Below are positions 26,718 to 39,807 of a stretch of DNA of 64,000 nt, piece by piece; position 1 is the stretch's first letter; each line of letters starts with the position of its first letter. The translations under genes and the position numbers were made by a program. The DNA comes from Psilocybe cubensis (lineage: Eukaryota): positions 2,232,001 through 2,296,000 of the forward strand of contig CM039001.1 in assembly GCA_017499595.2 (NCBI GenBank), read 5' to 3'. The notes below the pieces were generated by a model. That model had not been told where the DNA came from, ran no database searches, and saw only the letters and a program-made list of their open reading frames with translations.

Positions 26718-27762
26718 ATGGACGCCCAAGTTCAGAAAAGACAAGGCTTCGGTCCGTCGTTTTTCTTATTCCTCGAATGCCATTTTCTAATACACCTATT
26801 AGATTTAGGACTGCCTGGGTTGACTGATATGTTCGTTGGACCATCATACGCTTTCTTGTTCCATTTCTGATACAGCAACGGCAGCTTTCCTGGCCCAGCC
26901 AAGGATCATTCTACGTCCGCGTCTGCAACCTCGTATGTCTGCTCCTGGAATTATACACGGAATAACATATTCATCTGTGCTTGTCCAATAGATCTTCGTC
27001 AAGTGTGTCTGCAAGCGCGACGTAAGCGCCCAACCCACTTTTGCCTTATAAAAATACTTGGCTTAATTATACCCCAGAGATCCGTCTTCATCCAGCTCCT
27101 CCTCGTCTTCTTCCATCTCCTCCTCCTCCTCCACCGACTCATCCACCGACTCGACTCCGGAGGTAACACCCACACCCTCCCCAGAATTCTCAACCACAAC
27201 CACCCAGTCCACCCGCACAGTCCTCGCACCCGCCGCCGACGCATCCACCTCCGCCCAGCCCTCCGCAGCGCCCACACACACCGCCTTCCTGCAAAACAAA
27301 GTCCTCTCCGGGCTCGTCTTTGCCCTCGTCGGCGTTGTGGGCCTCGTCGTCATCGTCAGTCTCCTCACATTTTTCATCCGCCGTAAGCGCACCCGCCGCT
27401 TCGTCGAGGACGCTGTCTCGTTTGACCCCGTCAAGATGGGCGGATCCGGGTACCCCGACGCGCATGCGCACGCGCTAGAAGCGGGCCGGCAGCAGACGTA
27501 CCCGCGCTCGAGCACGAGCACGGGGCGCGCGAGCAGTAATGGGAATGGTCCAGAGATCAGACAGGCAGCGCCCTTTGCGGACTACGTCCCGCCGCCGCCA
27601 CCGCCACCGCCGCATTCGCAGATGTACAACAACTCTTCGGCGAGTTTGAGGTCGTATCAGTCGCAGCAGCAGCAGGCGTCAGCGTACAGTCAACCTTTCA
27701 ACTGGGCTGCACCACCACCACAGTCGGTACACAATGATCCTTACAGAGGGCCTGTTGCTTGA
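26718..27762 (+). CDS. Ser/Thr-rich single-pass membrane protein with Pro-rich tail; 5' exon structure uncertain
   Basis: Short exons from MDAQVQKRQGF, S/T/P-rich region, TM VFALVGVVGLVVIVSLLTFFI followed by RRKRTRR. Confidence 0.55.
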
Positions 27763-28211
27763 GAGTTTTTCGCCTTTTTCTCACTAGAGGCAGTTGTATT
27801 TTGTGTATCCGGTATTGTTCATGATGCAGAAAACGCCGCCGCGTTGATCGACCATTTTTTCAGTAAACGTATGTCTCATTTCTCTATTCCCTGCGCAATG
27901 TCAAGAAGTTTGACGTGTACATGTCCAGCTCGAATCAACATCCTAATACATACCCACGTTCCTTCTATACCCGTTTCGTCTGTCAAAGCCCAGCGTCATT
28001 CTGTCCTTCATCCCACAACATCTACCTACGTACACGCAGATCAATCTGTCCAGTCGGCATTCCTCTCCTTGCTTTTCTTGCTTTCGCTCCGGACCGGTTC
28101 CGTAGAGACTCAGCGCCCTCTGTATTTTGTACCATACTGTCGTTGACTACTACTTACTCTAAATAAAATATACAATTTAAAATGTACAAAAAGGGGTATA
28201 CTGCAAAATCG

Positions 28212-30708
28212 TTATTTCGCATCTCCCACAGAACCGCGGTGGCGACTCCGGCTGCGACTGCGACTGTTCACGCTTCCAGCCTCGCCTCGCGATCTGGTAT
28301 CAGATTGCGCATCCTGTTCTTTCTCTTCTCTCAAGAATCTCGCATCGCGCATCCGCCGCCACTCCCTACGCTCGAGCGCATACACCAGCCAGGTGATACC
28401 CAGCGTGGCGAGCGCGACACATATCATAGCGATCATGCCCTTGCGGAACTTGGGCGCGTCCGTCGCTGGATAGAACACGATCGACCACCACGCGTTCACT
28501 GCGTTATTCCACATACTGTGGTTACCACAGTCAGGGTTTTTAGGTTTTTTTATTTCGCAAGAAAGGAAAGGACGAACTTCATGGATGCGAGGACGACGGC
28601 GCGTTCCTGATCGTCGTCTGCACATATTTGGTTCGCCCATCTGTGTGTGAACGTGCATAGAAGCAGATATCAGGGGGGAAACGAACTAGTCAGATGAGAA
28701 ACGAATACGCACGCAAACGTCGTCGCCTGACCAGCATATGACGCTCCTGCTAGATCTACCGCCAAAGAACGAAAAAAAAGAAGTGTTCGCGATTGATTTT
28801 ATAAATAAATAAAAACAGTGCGGTGCTTCTTACAATAAGCAAAGAATTTCAAGCCAGTAGGACTGCTCCAGACGAGAATGCATATGGCAGATATAATGCA
28901 CGCGATGGACATGTACACCAGAACAGGCCAACGGACCTGGGTATGATCTGTCCATGTTGCACATACCAAGGTCGAGGCTATAGCAAAAGCCGTAGAACCA
29001 GAGGGGTAAAAGTCTGCGGAGGAAAGAAGTTAGTTCTTTCTTTCCAAAAATGAAAAGTATCCGATACCAATTTGCTCTACGGTGTACCCGCCAATCGCTT
29101 TAAGCCATTGTCCCATGAGATTATTCGACCCGAAACTCTCTGTTTCGCCTGAAACTGCAAACTATTCCAAACAGGTTAACAGAGGCATATTGTTGCAAGT
29201 CATTTTAACCGTACCAGGAGGCTGCAAGCATACCACCGCCAACGGCCTAGCACTCTACGTAATATGTTCCATGATAAAGGCCGAGACTGCGCTTGTTCCA
29301 GCTTCCCCACTTGCTCAAGACGTTCATAAGCAAGTACACGTTCCTGAATAGACCACAATTTTTAAGATACCGCGATAGTACATGGATAACCAATGAAATT
29401 GCACCTCTTCAGATAGGTAGAATGCCTTCGTGGTGCGGGGAAGATCTGGAAAGACCAAAAATCCATACAATGCAATTGGAAGAGTGATGATACCGTCGAT
29501 GATGAATCTATGAGAAAATACAGCTCCCCGAACCTGCGGAATGTAAAGCGACACTTACAGCCATCTCCATCCACTTCGACCTGCATGGCCATTCAGATGT
29601 CTGGAGCGAATGACGGTTAGTCTCGTACCGCACTAAACCGAATTTCTAATGTGCATCTGTCACCTATAAACTGCGGCTTGCAGCACACCAGAGAACCTGA
29701 TATCCGGCCAACAAAGATTGGAATCAAAAAGGACTAAAAAAGACTGCGCTTTGACACCCACAGAGTGCCAACTAAACCTGAGCTAGTGAAAATCCCAGAT
29801 CTCTTGCCAAGCTCTTTGGGTTTGTACCATCTGGTCATGGTATGTAACCATAAATAATGAGTTGGAAAGTATGATGGTCCACCTACGAGCCGAGAACATA
29901 ATGAGTTCCTACAAAAGTCGAGGACTCGGCCATTCCTTGAAAGAAGCGTATGACATATATCTACACATATTTGGGAAACAGTCTCCGAGGATCAGCGAGC
30001 TTGATCTTACCTGCTCAACGTTCTTGACAACGCTTGTGCTGGTACGATATCTTTGATTGAGCGGCTGATGCAACACTAAGACTATTCAAGGCTCGCTTTA
30101 TACTGACCAGAAAGTAAGTACACCCCAGATAATTTGCATAGACGGGAACCATATGCGGGGTGATACAACCTGAAGCATGAGATTGTCTTTGCAGCGATAG
30201 CATCAGCAACGGGATGATCAAACTGATTGAAGCCAGTCCGTACTTGGGATCATGCCCACGATATACCCGCATGTAAAGATGGTGTTTATTTTCTAATGAA
30301 AAGTAGAAAATAAGCATTAAATGATAAATTGGCTCGTTGAGCGACTCTGACGTTGAATTCTGTTCCAAACATTTTCAATTCCTCTCTCATTCCGGAGACA
30401 TAGGCATTTGAGATATTTGACCGATCCAAGTCTGCCATCCAAAGATGAATAGATTGCTTCAGAGCCCGAACAAAGTCCAGATAACGCGCACAATTGGAAA
30501 AATACTGCGGGGGTAATGGGTGCACAGTCAGGGCGACGCTGCGGACTGACGACATATGCGCCTAGAAGGGCACTACAGAGGGGGTAAAACACACCATAAG
30601 ACAGCAGTACGATAGGATGAACCAGTCGATCTTTGCGAGGAGAACTCTCTCCTGCTTGCTGGGTGGCTGGCTGCCCCAAAGAAGCACCCGTAGGCCGCCG
30701 GTAGACAT
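28212..30708 (-). CDS. FEN2: MFS transporter, allantoate permease/ACS family (pantothenate transporter Fen2/Liz1-like), many small exons
   Basis: ERVLLAKIDWFILSYCCLM, LDRSNISNAYVSGMREEL, WYKPKELGKRSGIF, FIIDGIITLPIA, FYPATDAPKFRKG. Confidence 0.75.
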
Positions 30709-31673
30709 GCTTGAGATGAATGTGGAGGGCGAACGGACTCGAACTGCCAAAGGCCATCGGTTCTGCTATGACGTGGGAGATCTTACGCCATGGCGTTCAC
30801 TAATAACAGCACTTTCCAAATGGCGTAAGAAGATTGCGCCGTGAAGCCGCCATGGGTGGAGTTTTGAAGAGGTTGTATCCGGGCAGCAACGGAAGGAGAG
30901 ACTGGGGACGATGGAGGACAGACAAAGGGGCGTGGCGGAAACGTGTACTGGAAGAGAGCCAAGGGAAGTCTTGGAGAGCTGAGAGGCCATGGGCGGTTGT
31001 TTGGACTGGAGGGTGATGCAAGACACGTGAACCCAGGGATCCACATGATTGCTCAGCAATAACCTCTGAACAGACTTGAATGATGATGTCGTAACTCGCT
31101 GCCTGCCATCCTCTCCAGCACTCTTCTTATTTCCATGCCTTTGTTCAGATGTCCTCTACGACAACCCAGAGGATCCATGCCGCAACTCTGTCTCCGTCTC
31201 GGCATGCGATGTATCCGGAGAATTGGAATGCAATCTGAGTAAGACTGCAGCAAACAACAACCCTGCAAACACAAGGCCCATTATTCAGCCGAGCGCACAT
31301 AAATCTGGAACTCTCTGGAAGGTTAGAAGGATCATTGTCATCTTCCTATCAAGCCGTGAGATCCAATGATACTAGACGCTGCTGCTATCCCTGCTCTGGC
31401 GATGTTCTATCGCGTCTCTGAGTGCTCAAAAGAGAGGGCCGCTGCTCTCCATATTGGAGATAACATTATGACGCGAAATGGATCGTGATCGCAGCGTGGA
31501 GGAGGGATCCGGTCTCTTTCGGGGGACGCGATCTGGACATGTTTTGCTTTGTCAGTTAACCTGAGTCAATATGTGCTTCCGTTCGATCAACTGTCCTCCG
31601 AGATCTGTCTTAAGCCCTCCGCTCGATTGTATTCCGCGACCCGCCCTCTGTTCTTCTTCTTCCCTCTCCAGCG

Positions 31674-33964
31674 ATGCTGCTTCTTCGCTGGCCAAGCGTT
31701 GTCCCTTTGCTATGTGCAGCCCTTTGTGCACTTGCAGTTCCATCTCCCGAGCAACCGCTCTCTCTCGCAACCCGAGACGGTGGCGCACACCATCATGCCC
31801 ACGGTGCTCCCCTTCTTGTCCTAAATGAGACAGAGGTCACCCTCTACCACTCCCCAACGCCTCCGTCATATTATACCCTCGACTTTGAGGATGAAGGCTA
31901 CCAACAACGCCATAAAGGTCTTATGATCTTTCACGGCTTGTTCATGTCCCTCGCCTTTTTTGTTTCGCTCCCAGTTGGTATGTCGCATCCTTCCGTCGGA
32001 GACTGTGTGCTTAGCTCCGTCAAGGTATCGCGTTGAGATCGGTAAATCATGCTGCACACAGTCTAGCGACTTTCTCTTTCTATGGGTTCTGTGCTTTGGG
32101 TTGTGCTGCAAGCGGCCTATATCGCAAATTGACGCCTAATATGTAAGTACCTTGTCTTTCGCATTGGCCCGTTTTCTCATCGCCCATAATCTGCAGGTAT
32201 GAAGGTTAGTTCGAATAATTACAGTCTCGCGCCTCGGACTCAATAGAGCTTGAATTGTTGTTAGGCGCCGTACATGGATCACAAGGATATCTGCTTATCC
32301 TCGTAGCCATCTCACTATCCACTCTCGATATCATCGCTGCAATTCGGCGTTTTGTGACGTTCCTCAGATCGCCAAACAAATCTTTTAATACTTTCTGGCG
32401 ACATGTAATCAAGAAGGAGGCAATTAATTCAGCAAACTCCAGTCCGGAGTACGTTGGCTTGATCTCGGAAGAGCCGGACGAATTCACAACGCCAAAGCCA
32501 TTCCGCCAATCCGTTGACATGCACGATGTTGAATTGAACGATATGGACCGCAATCATACTGAGCAGTGGGCAAAAGCAATTCATCGCCATCAAAAAACCT
32601 TTTCGATGGCTTCAGAAAGGACGGTCTTTGGTTCTCACTCTCCAAGTAACTCTCAGGACACCCTCCACGACGCCAAATCTCGAACCAAGTCATTATCACA
32701 TTTTGAACGCCTCCAGTCCGTCGGACGCATTGTTTTTGCAATTGTGGAAAGGGCGCTTGTTGTTGGCGGCTTTGCGCAGCTCCTAATGGGAATTGTTACC
32801 TACTCGGGTATGTTGCAATCGTCGATCCGCCTGCGCTTGACTGATCGGTGAGAATAGGAGGATGCAGAGAAAATTACCTGAATGGATGTTTAGCCCATTT
32901 GATCAGTGAGTTGCTATTTTCCGCCCTGCACAAAACGGGACAGCTGATCTTCTTGGTCGATCTTCTTCCCAGAAGGAGGCATTTTCTGGTGTTATGGATT
33001 GCTTACCTTTGCTCGTTTTCTCGGATCGTTTGCGGATCGAGGATGGGCGTGGAACAGGTCACTATCTGGGGATTCATGTACAGCCGAATTCGTAGAATCG
33101 TTCGTGATTTTCCTTTACGGTGCCACCAACACGTGGATGGAGAGGTTTGGCGCACAACCCGGCGATCCTTTCACTACCAAGCAGATCCAGCACATTAGCA
33201 TTGCAGTAAGGGCAATTTTTTTCGCTGAAGCGTCCATATCATACTAAAATTTTGCTTCTATCCAGGTTATGTTCTGTTTTGCTGGTCTCGTTGGAATGGG
33301 GATTGAATCGAAACGGATTCGCAAATGGCTTGCTTCCTCCGCATTTTCTTTGTCATCCCTTTCAGATGCCCCGCAAGAGGCTGTGGTGGAACCTTTGAGC
33401 TATATCGGGAGCTACAACCCCTTCCCTGCCCTGGTTATAGGAGTGACAGGAGCGGCGATGGCCGCACATGCTCAAACATATCTCTTTCAGGCAAGTAATT
33501 GACCGGGTGCACATCCTTCGAACCAATTCTAATTGTGCCAAAAAAAATTACAGGTTCAGATCCACTCTTTATGGGGAAACTTGCTTGTCGCTTTCTCTGT
33601 CCTGAGATGTTTGACTTATTTCTTCCTGTGGCTTGGACCTCCAAAGTCAGTTCTGCCTTCACGTCCACCGACCGAAGCTCTGGGAAGTTTCTTCCTTGCC
33701 TGCGGTGGTCTCGTCTTTATGTTTTCTACGGAAGAAGTCACAATCGCCGCAATGAGAAGGGGTCGTGATGGTTTGTCTTCTATTCTTACTGCGTCATATT
33801 GAAAAAAAACTGACGTGTGGGCTCCCGCAGACGTCATGATGTTTCTAAATGTGGCCGTTGCTCTTACTTGCCTTGCTTTCTGCTGGACCCTTTTCGTTGT
33901 GGGTTTCAAAGGATGGATCAAATCACGGACGCAGCCTTCTGTGACCTACCGACATGCGGCATAA
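31674..33964 (+). CDS. Ytp1/DUF2427-type multi-pass membrane protein with signal peptide
   Basis: HHHAH N-terminus, FHGLFMSLAFF, GCRENYLNGCLAHLI, EFVESFVIFLYG, QIQHISIA, NPFPALVIGVTG..MAAHAQ. Confidence 0.8.
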
Positions 33965-34258
33965 ATTTCTTTTCCTTTTTTTTCTTTTGACGACACCTAT
34001 TTTTACGACCTGCACGGCCCTTTTCATGTTCTACCATTGTAACATCAGGACTGGTCTGCCCAACGCCGGCTAGCCAGCCACGCAACATGCCTATCTTTCC
34101 TTTCTTTGGGACGATAGTGCTTTGCATTCGATGACAAGACACACATTTTGCCCTCTGTCACTTATTTTAATTACATGCGTACACATCGTACATAACACTC
34201 CTAACAATGTACCATCAAGTACTGCTAGCTCATTCATACCAACTTCGCATTTTTTCTC

Positions 34259-35662
34259 TCATATTGATGCTAAAAGCATGGCGTAATCGCCCAGTGCACC
34301 CATCCAGATCCAAAAGCCTGCCCAGCCACAGCCAACAAAGCCGTTCCAACAGCTGGTCCGGCTTTCAAAATCAGTTCGGTAGATAACACGGGCAAGTTGC
34401 AAAGCTGCCACTCCGACGCCGAGGTAAAAGGCCTCGCCTTGAGAATTTAGCATACCTGCGTATGAGATCAAGGACAAGGTCGAAGCTGAAAGTCCGGTGA
34501 GAATCGGACGGGTCTGCTCTCCAAACAGGAGAGCTGTAGACCGGATGCCGACTTGAACATCATCTTTTTTATCCTGTTGGGTTTAGGTTTATGAGACCAG
34601 GGCTTCTCAGGCGAAGTCAATTGAAAAAAGCAATAGCCACGAACTTGATGGGCATATATACTGTCGTATACCAGCGTCCAGCATACGCCACCGGCATATA
34701 ATGGGAGGCAAACGCTCCAGTCTACAGTTTCACAGACTGCTGACCAGCCTAAAAATGCTCCCCAGTTGTACGCAAGGCCTAAACAGAAAATAATAATCTC
34801 AGAAACCTCTACAGTCGGCGCAGCAATAAGGAATCCCACCCAGCACAGCTTGAGGCCAATATGTGAATCTTTTCATTAGTGGATAAATGGTCACGACAGA
34901 CAAAGAAGCCGCTCCGATGAAAATGCTGCAAAATAAACATATTGTGTCATTAACGATGCAAAGAATCCGAACCAAGGACATCATGCCTATTCCAATTTAA
35001 CTGCAGCAACACACCGAGCCCAGCTGTCAGCTGGGCACTGAGGAAGACCAGGGCTTGCTTCTGAGTGATATCACCTCGTGCTAGAGGTCTTTCTTTAGTC
35101 CTCTCTGGGTCATGAACGATTGTCAGCTGCTAAGAAAGGGAGACAAGGCGCCCATTCTCACCGACAGACTTGTCAAGATTCTTGTCCCACATGTCGTTGA
35201 TAGTGCAACCTGCCCCTCGCATGACCACTGCCCCAAGTCCAAACAGGCTAATGTATGTCAAGGGAGTCGTATATGGAAGTTGAAGCGCGTAGGATGCCAT
35301 AGTAATTGACCACGCTAGTCCACAAAAAGGGGTGAGAATGAAATAAATTCTTCATGGACGGGATACCAACCACAGGGGTAGAACAGAAGCAATGTCCCTA
35401 TTGGTTTGTCAATCCTAGTTAGATAAAAGTATGGTCGAACTTTGGCCGGAAGATGTTCAACCCATACTTTTCGCGCTGGCGGGGGTGGAGTCTTAAGAGA
35501 GTCAGTAAGTGTAGGGGCGCGATGGCTCGATATAAAGCGTAGAGGAAGCTGGAGTCTCCATTGGTGACTTGAAGTACGGTGAGCCCGAGGTGCAGATAAC
35601 CTGAAGTTCAAGCAAGAGGACCTAAGCCAATGCGTTGTGGAGGGAGAAAAGTGGACAGCCAT
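34259..35662 (-). CDS. COQ2: 4-hydroxybenzoate polyprenyltransferase, mitochondrial
   Basis: Mitochondrial presequence, [55 protein letters not shown]. Confidence 0.96.
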
Positions 35663-35922
35663 AAATAAACTTGCAAAGCGTAATCAAAGCGCTAACCTCT
35701 ATCGGCAACAAACGGTCACGCGCGCCCTACCCCGATCGCGATGCGCACTCTGCAGCCGTGATATAGTACGTTCATTTAGTCCCGGTCCCCCAGACATCGG
35801 AAGATTTATGATTTTTATTCGTACATAAAACAGTTAGAAATATACAGCGAAACTACTTTCCCGACATCTCATCCAAATGAAATAACGAGAATCCAGAATA
35901 GCAATGACCAGTACCCAAACAA

Positions 35923-36911
35923 TTATGCCCACTCCTTAGCAAGCTTGAAGTACCACTCCCAGTCTATGGAAAATGTGAGCAGACGCACCGTAACCACAAA
36001 ACGCAAAGGCTACATACCGGCATAGACCTCACCGTCGTCGTCAACAACACGGCTTTTAACATGGTATGTTCCAGACCGAGCCAACATTCCAGATGGGGAC
36101 TCTTCTGGCTCAAAGTTCTTTGCGTATGGTTTGCCATCAGGGGAGGGACCGTATGAGCCAAGCATTTGCTCCATTTTGTCAACTGCCAGGGATGGTTAGC
36201 ACGGAAATGCTTAGGCGACGGGATATCGTACCTTTCACCCCTGCGCGTTTCACGACTTGGATATATCGAACACCCTGTGAAACTTCTTAGGTGACAGGAT
36301 CAATAGATAAGATTGTGGAATCTTACAGAAATAATGGAGTGGTTAACTTTGAAAGTAATACGAACGCTATACAGAAATTAGCATTGGCTTTGGACATGAG
36401 CTGCAAAGTCAGAATTCGCTCACTTGTACTCAACACCTTCCTTGATGACGATGGGGTTCTTCTTTGTATCCGCTAGTCTGGCCGTGTCTTTGAGATCAAA
36501 AATGATTTCTTTCCCAGAAGGCAGGGTGGGCGAAGCAAGCTCAAGGGTAAGGACTGTTACCTAGAGAAATGCAAGAGTTAGCCAATCCGCTGGAATAGAG
36601 ACGCGTCCGCAGGCTCACTTTGGGACCACTGGCTTCGGTGGAAGCACCGGGAACAATTCCAAGCGAAGCCTTCCAACGCGCTAGACTCTCATCCTCAGCG
36701 TCAAGCCGAGCGTATTCGTCTGCAGACTTCGCAGCGCCAGGCTTGTATCCTTTGTTCGAAACGTCAGATATGTCGAAATCTGAAAGTTAGGGGTGATAGG
36801 CACCTGGGGTGTTGGAAGGTTTGAGATCATCTTGATCGTCGTGCTGTTAATTGAGAAGAGTGAGTTGGTGGGACAGTCCTTCGTGAGGTTCCGAATACTT
36901 ACGGCGGACAT
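35923..36911 (-). CDS. RDI1: Rho GDP-dissociation inhibitor
   Basis: Spliced reading GYKPGAAKSADEYARLDAEDESLARWKASLG, IKEGVEY, MLGSYGP, EESPSGMLARSG, WYFKLAKEWA*. Confidence 0.93.
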
Positions 36912-37339
36912 ATTCAGGTATGTAGTGGGTTGAGTGAAGATTTGGTATGGCGACAACCGAAAGCCGCTATAAGGGGTCCTCACGAATCACCACAAGATCG
37001 ATTTCACACGGGTGCTAGCTACATCGCGCTTTGCCGAACCAAAGCATTCCTGTATTTTATACCACCACATATTCTGCAATAATCTTATCATCCACTGTCA
37101 AATAAATGAATATCGTAGCATTCCTTTCGTGCTATACCATAACATGCACGATCGGTTCGTCAAGTTTACAAAATCTACAATACCTTCAAAAACAACGATA
37201 CTTAAATATCCTCACAAATCTCCGTCCAGATCCAAACTACCGCCTTGGCTTTCTATCTTTAAATGAAATAAGCTGTGGTTATCTTGGGTCGTCACTCCTG
37301 ATTGTTCTGATACTGTGGTTAGTTGATCCGACTTTTATT

Positions 37340-39223
37340 TCAAGACGTAGGTTCGGGGTGCATGGATTCTGGTTTGATAAAACATCAACTAAATAGGCCA
37401 CCTTCAAGGGAAAGTTACACACCACCCTTGAACCAACATTTCCCCTTACTGAGATGGAAGCACTTTGGGCCATTTGGACATACATGCCCCCAACAGCACT
37501 GGTCACCATATGGACACTGTACTCCTGTTTGACCAAATGTTGTCAGATTTGCACCTAACTATACACAGAAAGCGGGTTGATGGTACCATTCTTGAGCCAG
37601 TTGCACGGTGCTTTCTTCGCATTGTTCGCAAGTGAAACCAGCTGATCGCTAGTAAGGTTATAGTCATGGGAATATTTGCACACTCCAACCTAATAATATA
37701 ATTAGTTTCTTATGCATGTGTTTGAATTGACCAGATACACTCACCCCTTTAGAACATGTCATTAGATAGAATTCGTTACAAGGAGGTGGGTTCTCTATTC
37801 AGGAGTAAGAACAAGAACAAGTGTAAATGAGCCAAATTAGAGCGACGTACGTTTATGTAGAGGCTAGAAGGGTATATTAGTATCAAGTGAAGCATATAGT
37901 TTGGCCGACCGTACCAGGGAAGGGTCTATGGGACGCCCAGGAGGTCGTGGTGGGGATTGTGGGCTGATAAGTCCGCCATTAGTTGTTACAGCGCTGAATG
38001 GACCCGTGGAGAGGGGTGCTAGCTTTTTAGGTGCTCGAGATAACTTCTCTGATAGAAAAAGGCCATCGAGAATCATTCGCGGCAGTGTGAAGACATTAGG
38101 TCTTTCGTTGTTGCCCTCGTGGGTGTGAGATGTATACAAAACCACAAGTTTGCCAAGCATTTGATCCTTTTCGAGGGCGCTTAAAGTCGACATATAAGCC
38201 ACAGGGTCGTATCCTGAAACAAATAAGTACGTAATCATCTGAAAGTTATATCCACTTGCTTACCACCGAAAAAGATACGCAAAGTTTGAGGGAAGTAGGC
38301 ATAGATTTGAATGTATTCTGAAGTGATTTGCCGCGTTATATAGGCGCCAAAGGAATCCGTCATTGTGTTTGAAGTTTACCTTTTATTTTGGCCTCTAAAG
38401 CATCCTTGTTGTTACCAACGTCGATGATGGAGAACCTAGGTGAAGCTTGCGTGAAGCCCTGGAGAGATATGACAAAGAAATTAGCGTGGTTGTTTAGAAA
38501 GCAACTTCATTACGGATAAACCATACTGATAAAAAATCGTGAAATTGTTCTTGCGTGCAGATTCCGTTCCCAACGATGTCTTCTGTAAGATCTGACCTGT
38601 TAAGATATATCGTAATCCAGAACGACAACCGCCCGAAGACATGTATTTCTTCGCCGGCTAGTTGCTCGGCTATTGCCTGGGTGAGACGCTGAGCCGCAGT
38701 TCTACCTCCTTGGTAGCCTTGGTGGAGAAGATCCCGATTAAACACAAATTCATCTCCATTGATAATACAAAGGATAAGAGCATTGTTGTTCTATGGAAGT
38801 ATAAGCCAGTAAGAAACACAGCAACGATGACGAAAGACGCACATTTTTGAACCCATCCAGATTAGATATTTGCCTGTTAAGCGCTGCTAGTTGCACATTG
38901 TGCACTCTGGTGTCGCGTTCATTGGCCTCGACGGCAACTGCATGTGCTTGCTTCCACACAGACAGTTCTAGTTCGAGATCTGCAACACGGCTCTCAAGCT
39001 CGGTATTACGCCTTACGGTTGAAGTCGACAAATCTGCCAATATTCTCAGGCAAGAGCGCCTAGAAACTGGATGGTAAAAGGACATACTAAATAAACGAGA
39101 GAGAGTTTCATCCCTGTTTCCGAGGTTAAGGAAGATTGTGAGCGATGGAGAGAGCAGAAAGATAATTAGCGCCCTGACTGACCAAAGCTGCTGACTTGCC
39201 TCGCCCACAGGTTGGGTAGCCAT
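37340..39223 (-). CDS. Coiled-coil + NYN/PIN-like (DUF7923-type) domain + C-terminal CCCH zinc-finger protein, paralogue A
   Basis: ELESRVADLELEL coiled coil, CIINGDEFVFN..QGYQGGRTAA, IIDVGNNKDALEAKIK, CNEFYLMTC/CKYSH, CPYGDQCCWGHVCP. Confidence 0.75.
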
Positions 39224-39807
39224 GAAAGGCAAGGTGATTGGAAAACGAAGGAGAATCCAGCTGTGGTGGACGGGAATGAAAAGCTATGGTTGAAGGGAGG
39301 CGCCTTAAATCATGCTGTTCTTGCAAGCAAAATGAACACTCAAAAGGTCTTCTCCGGGGTCTATGTCCAGACAAGGAAGGGGAAGGACAAAAGAGGCAGT
39401 CACAGGGCAATAAGGAGGGAGATAAAAATAGACGATCCTGAACACTTCTCGCCAAACTCTCACGAATTCTATTTCACTAGGGCTAACCTGACGGCATCGA
39501 GAATTGAATCAAGTCTGTCAGTTGAGTCGAATCTTCGAGTGACCATTCCAATGGAAGTCCCGTTCGCTCACCATGTCTGCTTGGATACGACGATAGACTT
39601 CATATCCACTGCTATGACTCACTGAACCACTCTTAAGTGCACACTTGGATAGCCGCCGAATCTCCGCGGTCGTCTTGCTGCTCCGATCACCTTCGCTGAC
39701 TTGGAATGTAGAAACATACTATAAATATTTTCACTTCCATCAAAGCATACTTAATATTATCTCAGTCAGATATGCCATCATTCCAGCCACCCCCGTGCTT
39801 CAGCATT

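Noticed and set aside
30760-31560. Cluster of overlapping short ORFs
   Set aside because: Divergent promoter/UTR region between the MFS and YTP1-like genes; no coding signal
14995-35662. Biosynthetic gene cluster
   Set aside because: Genes are functionally unrelated housekeeping loci; no backbone synthase
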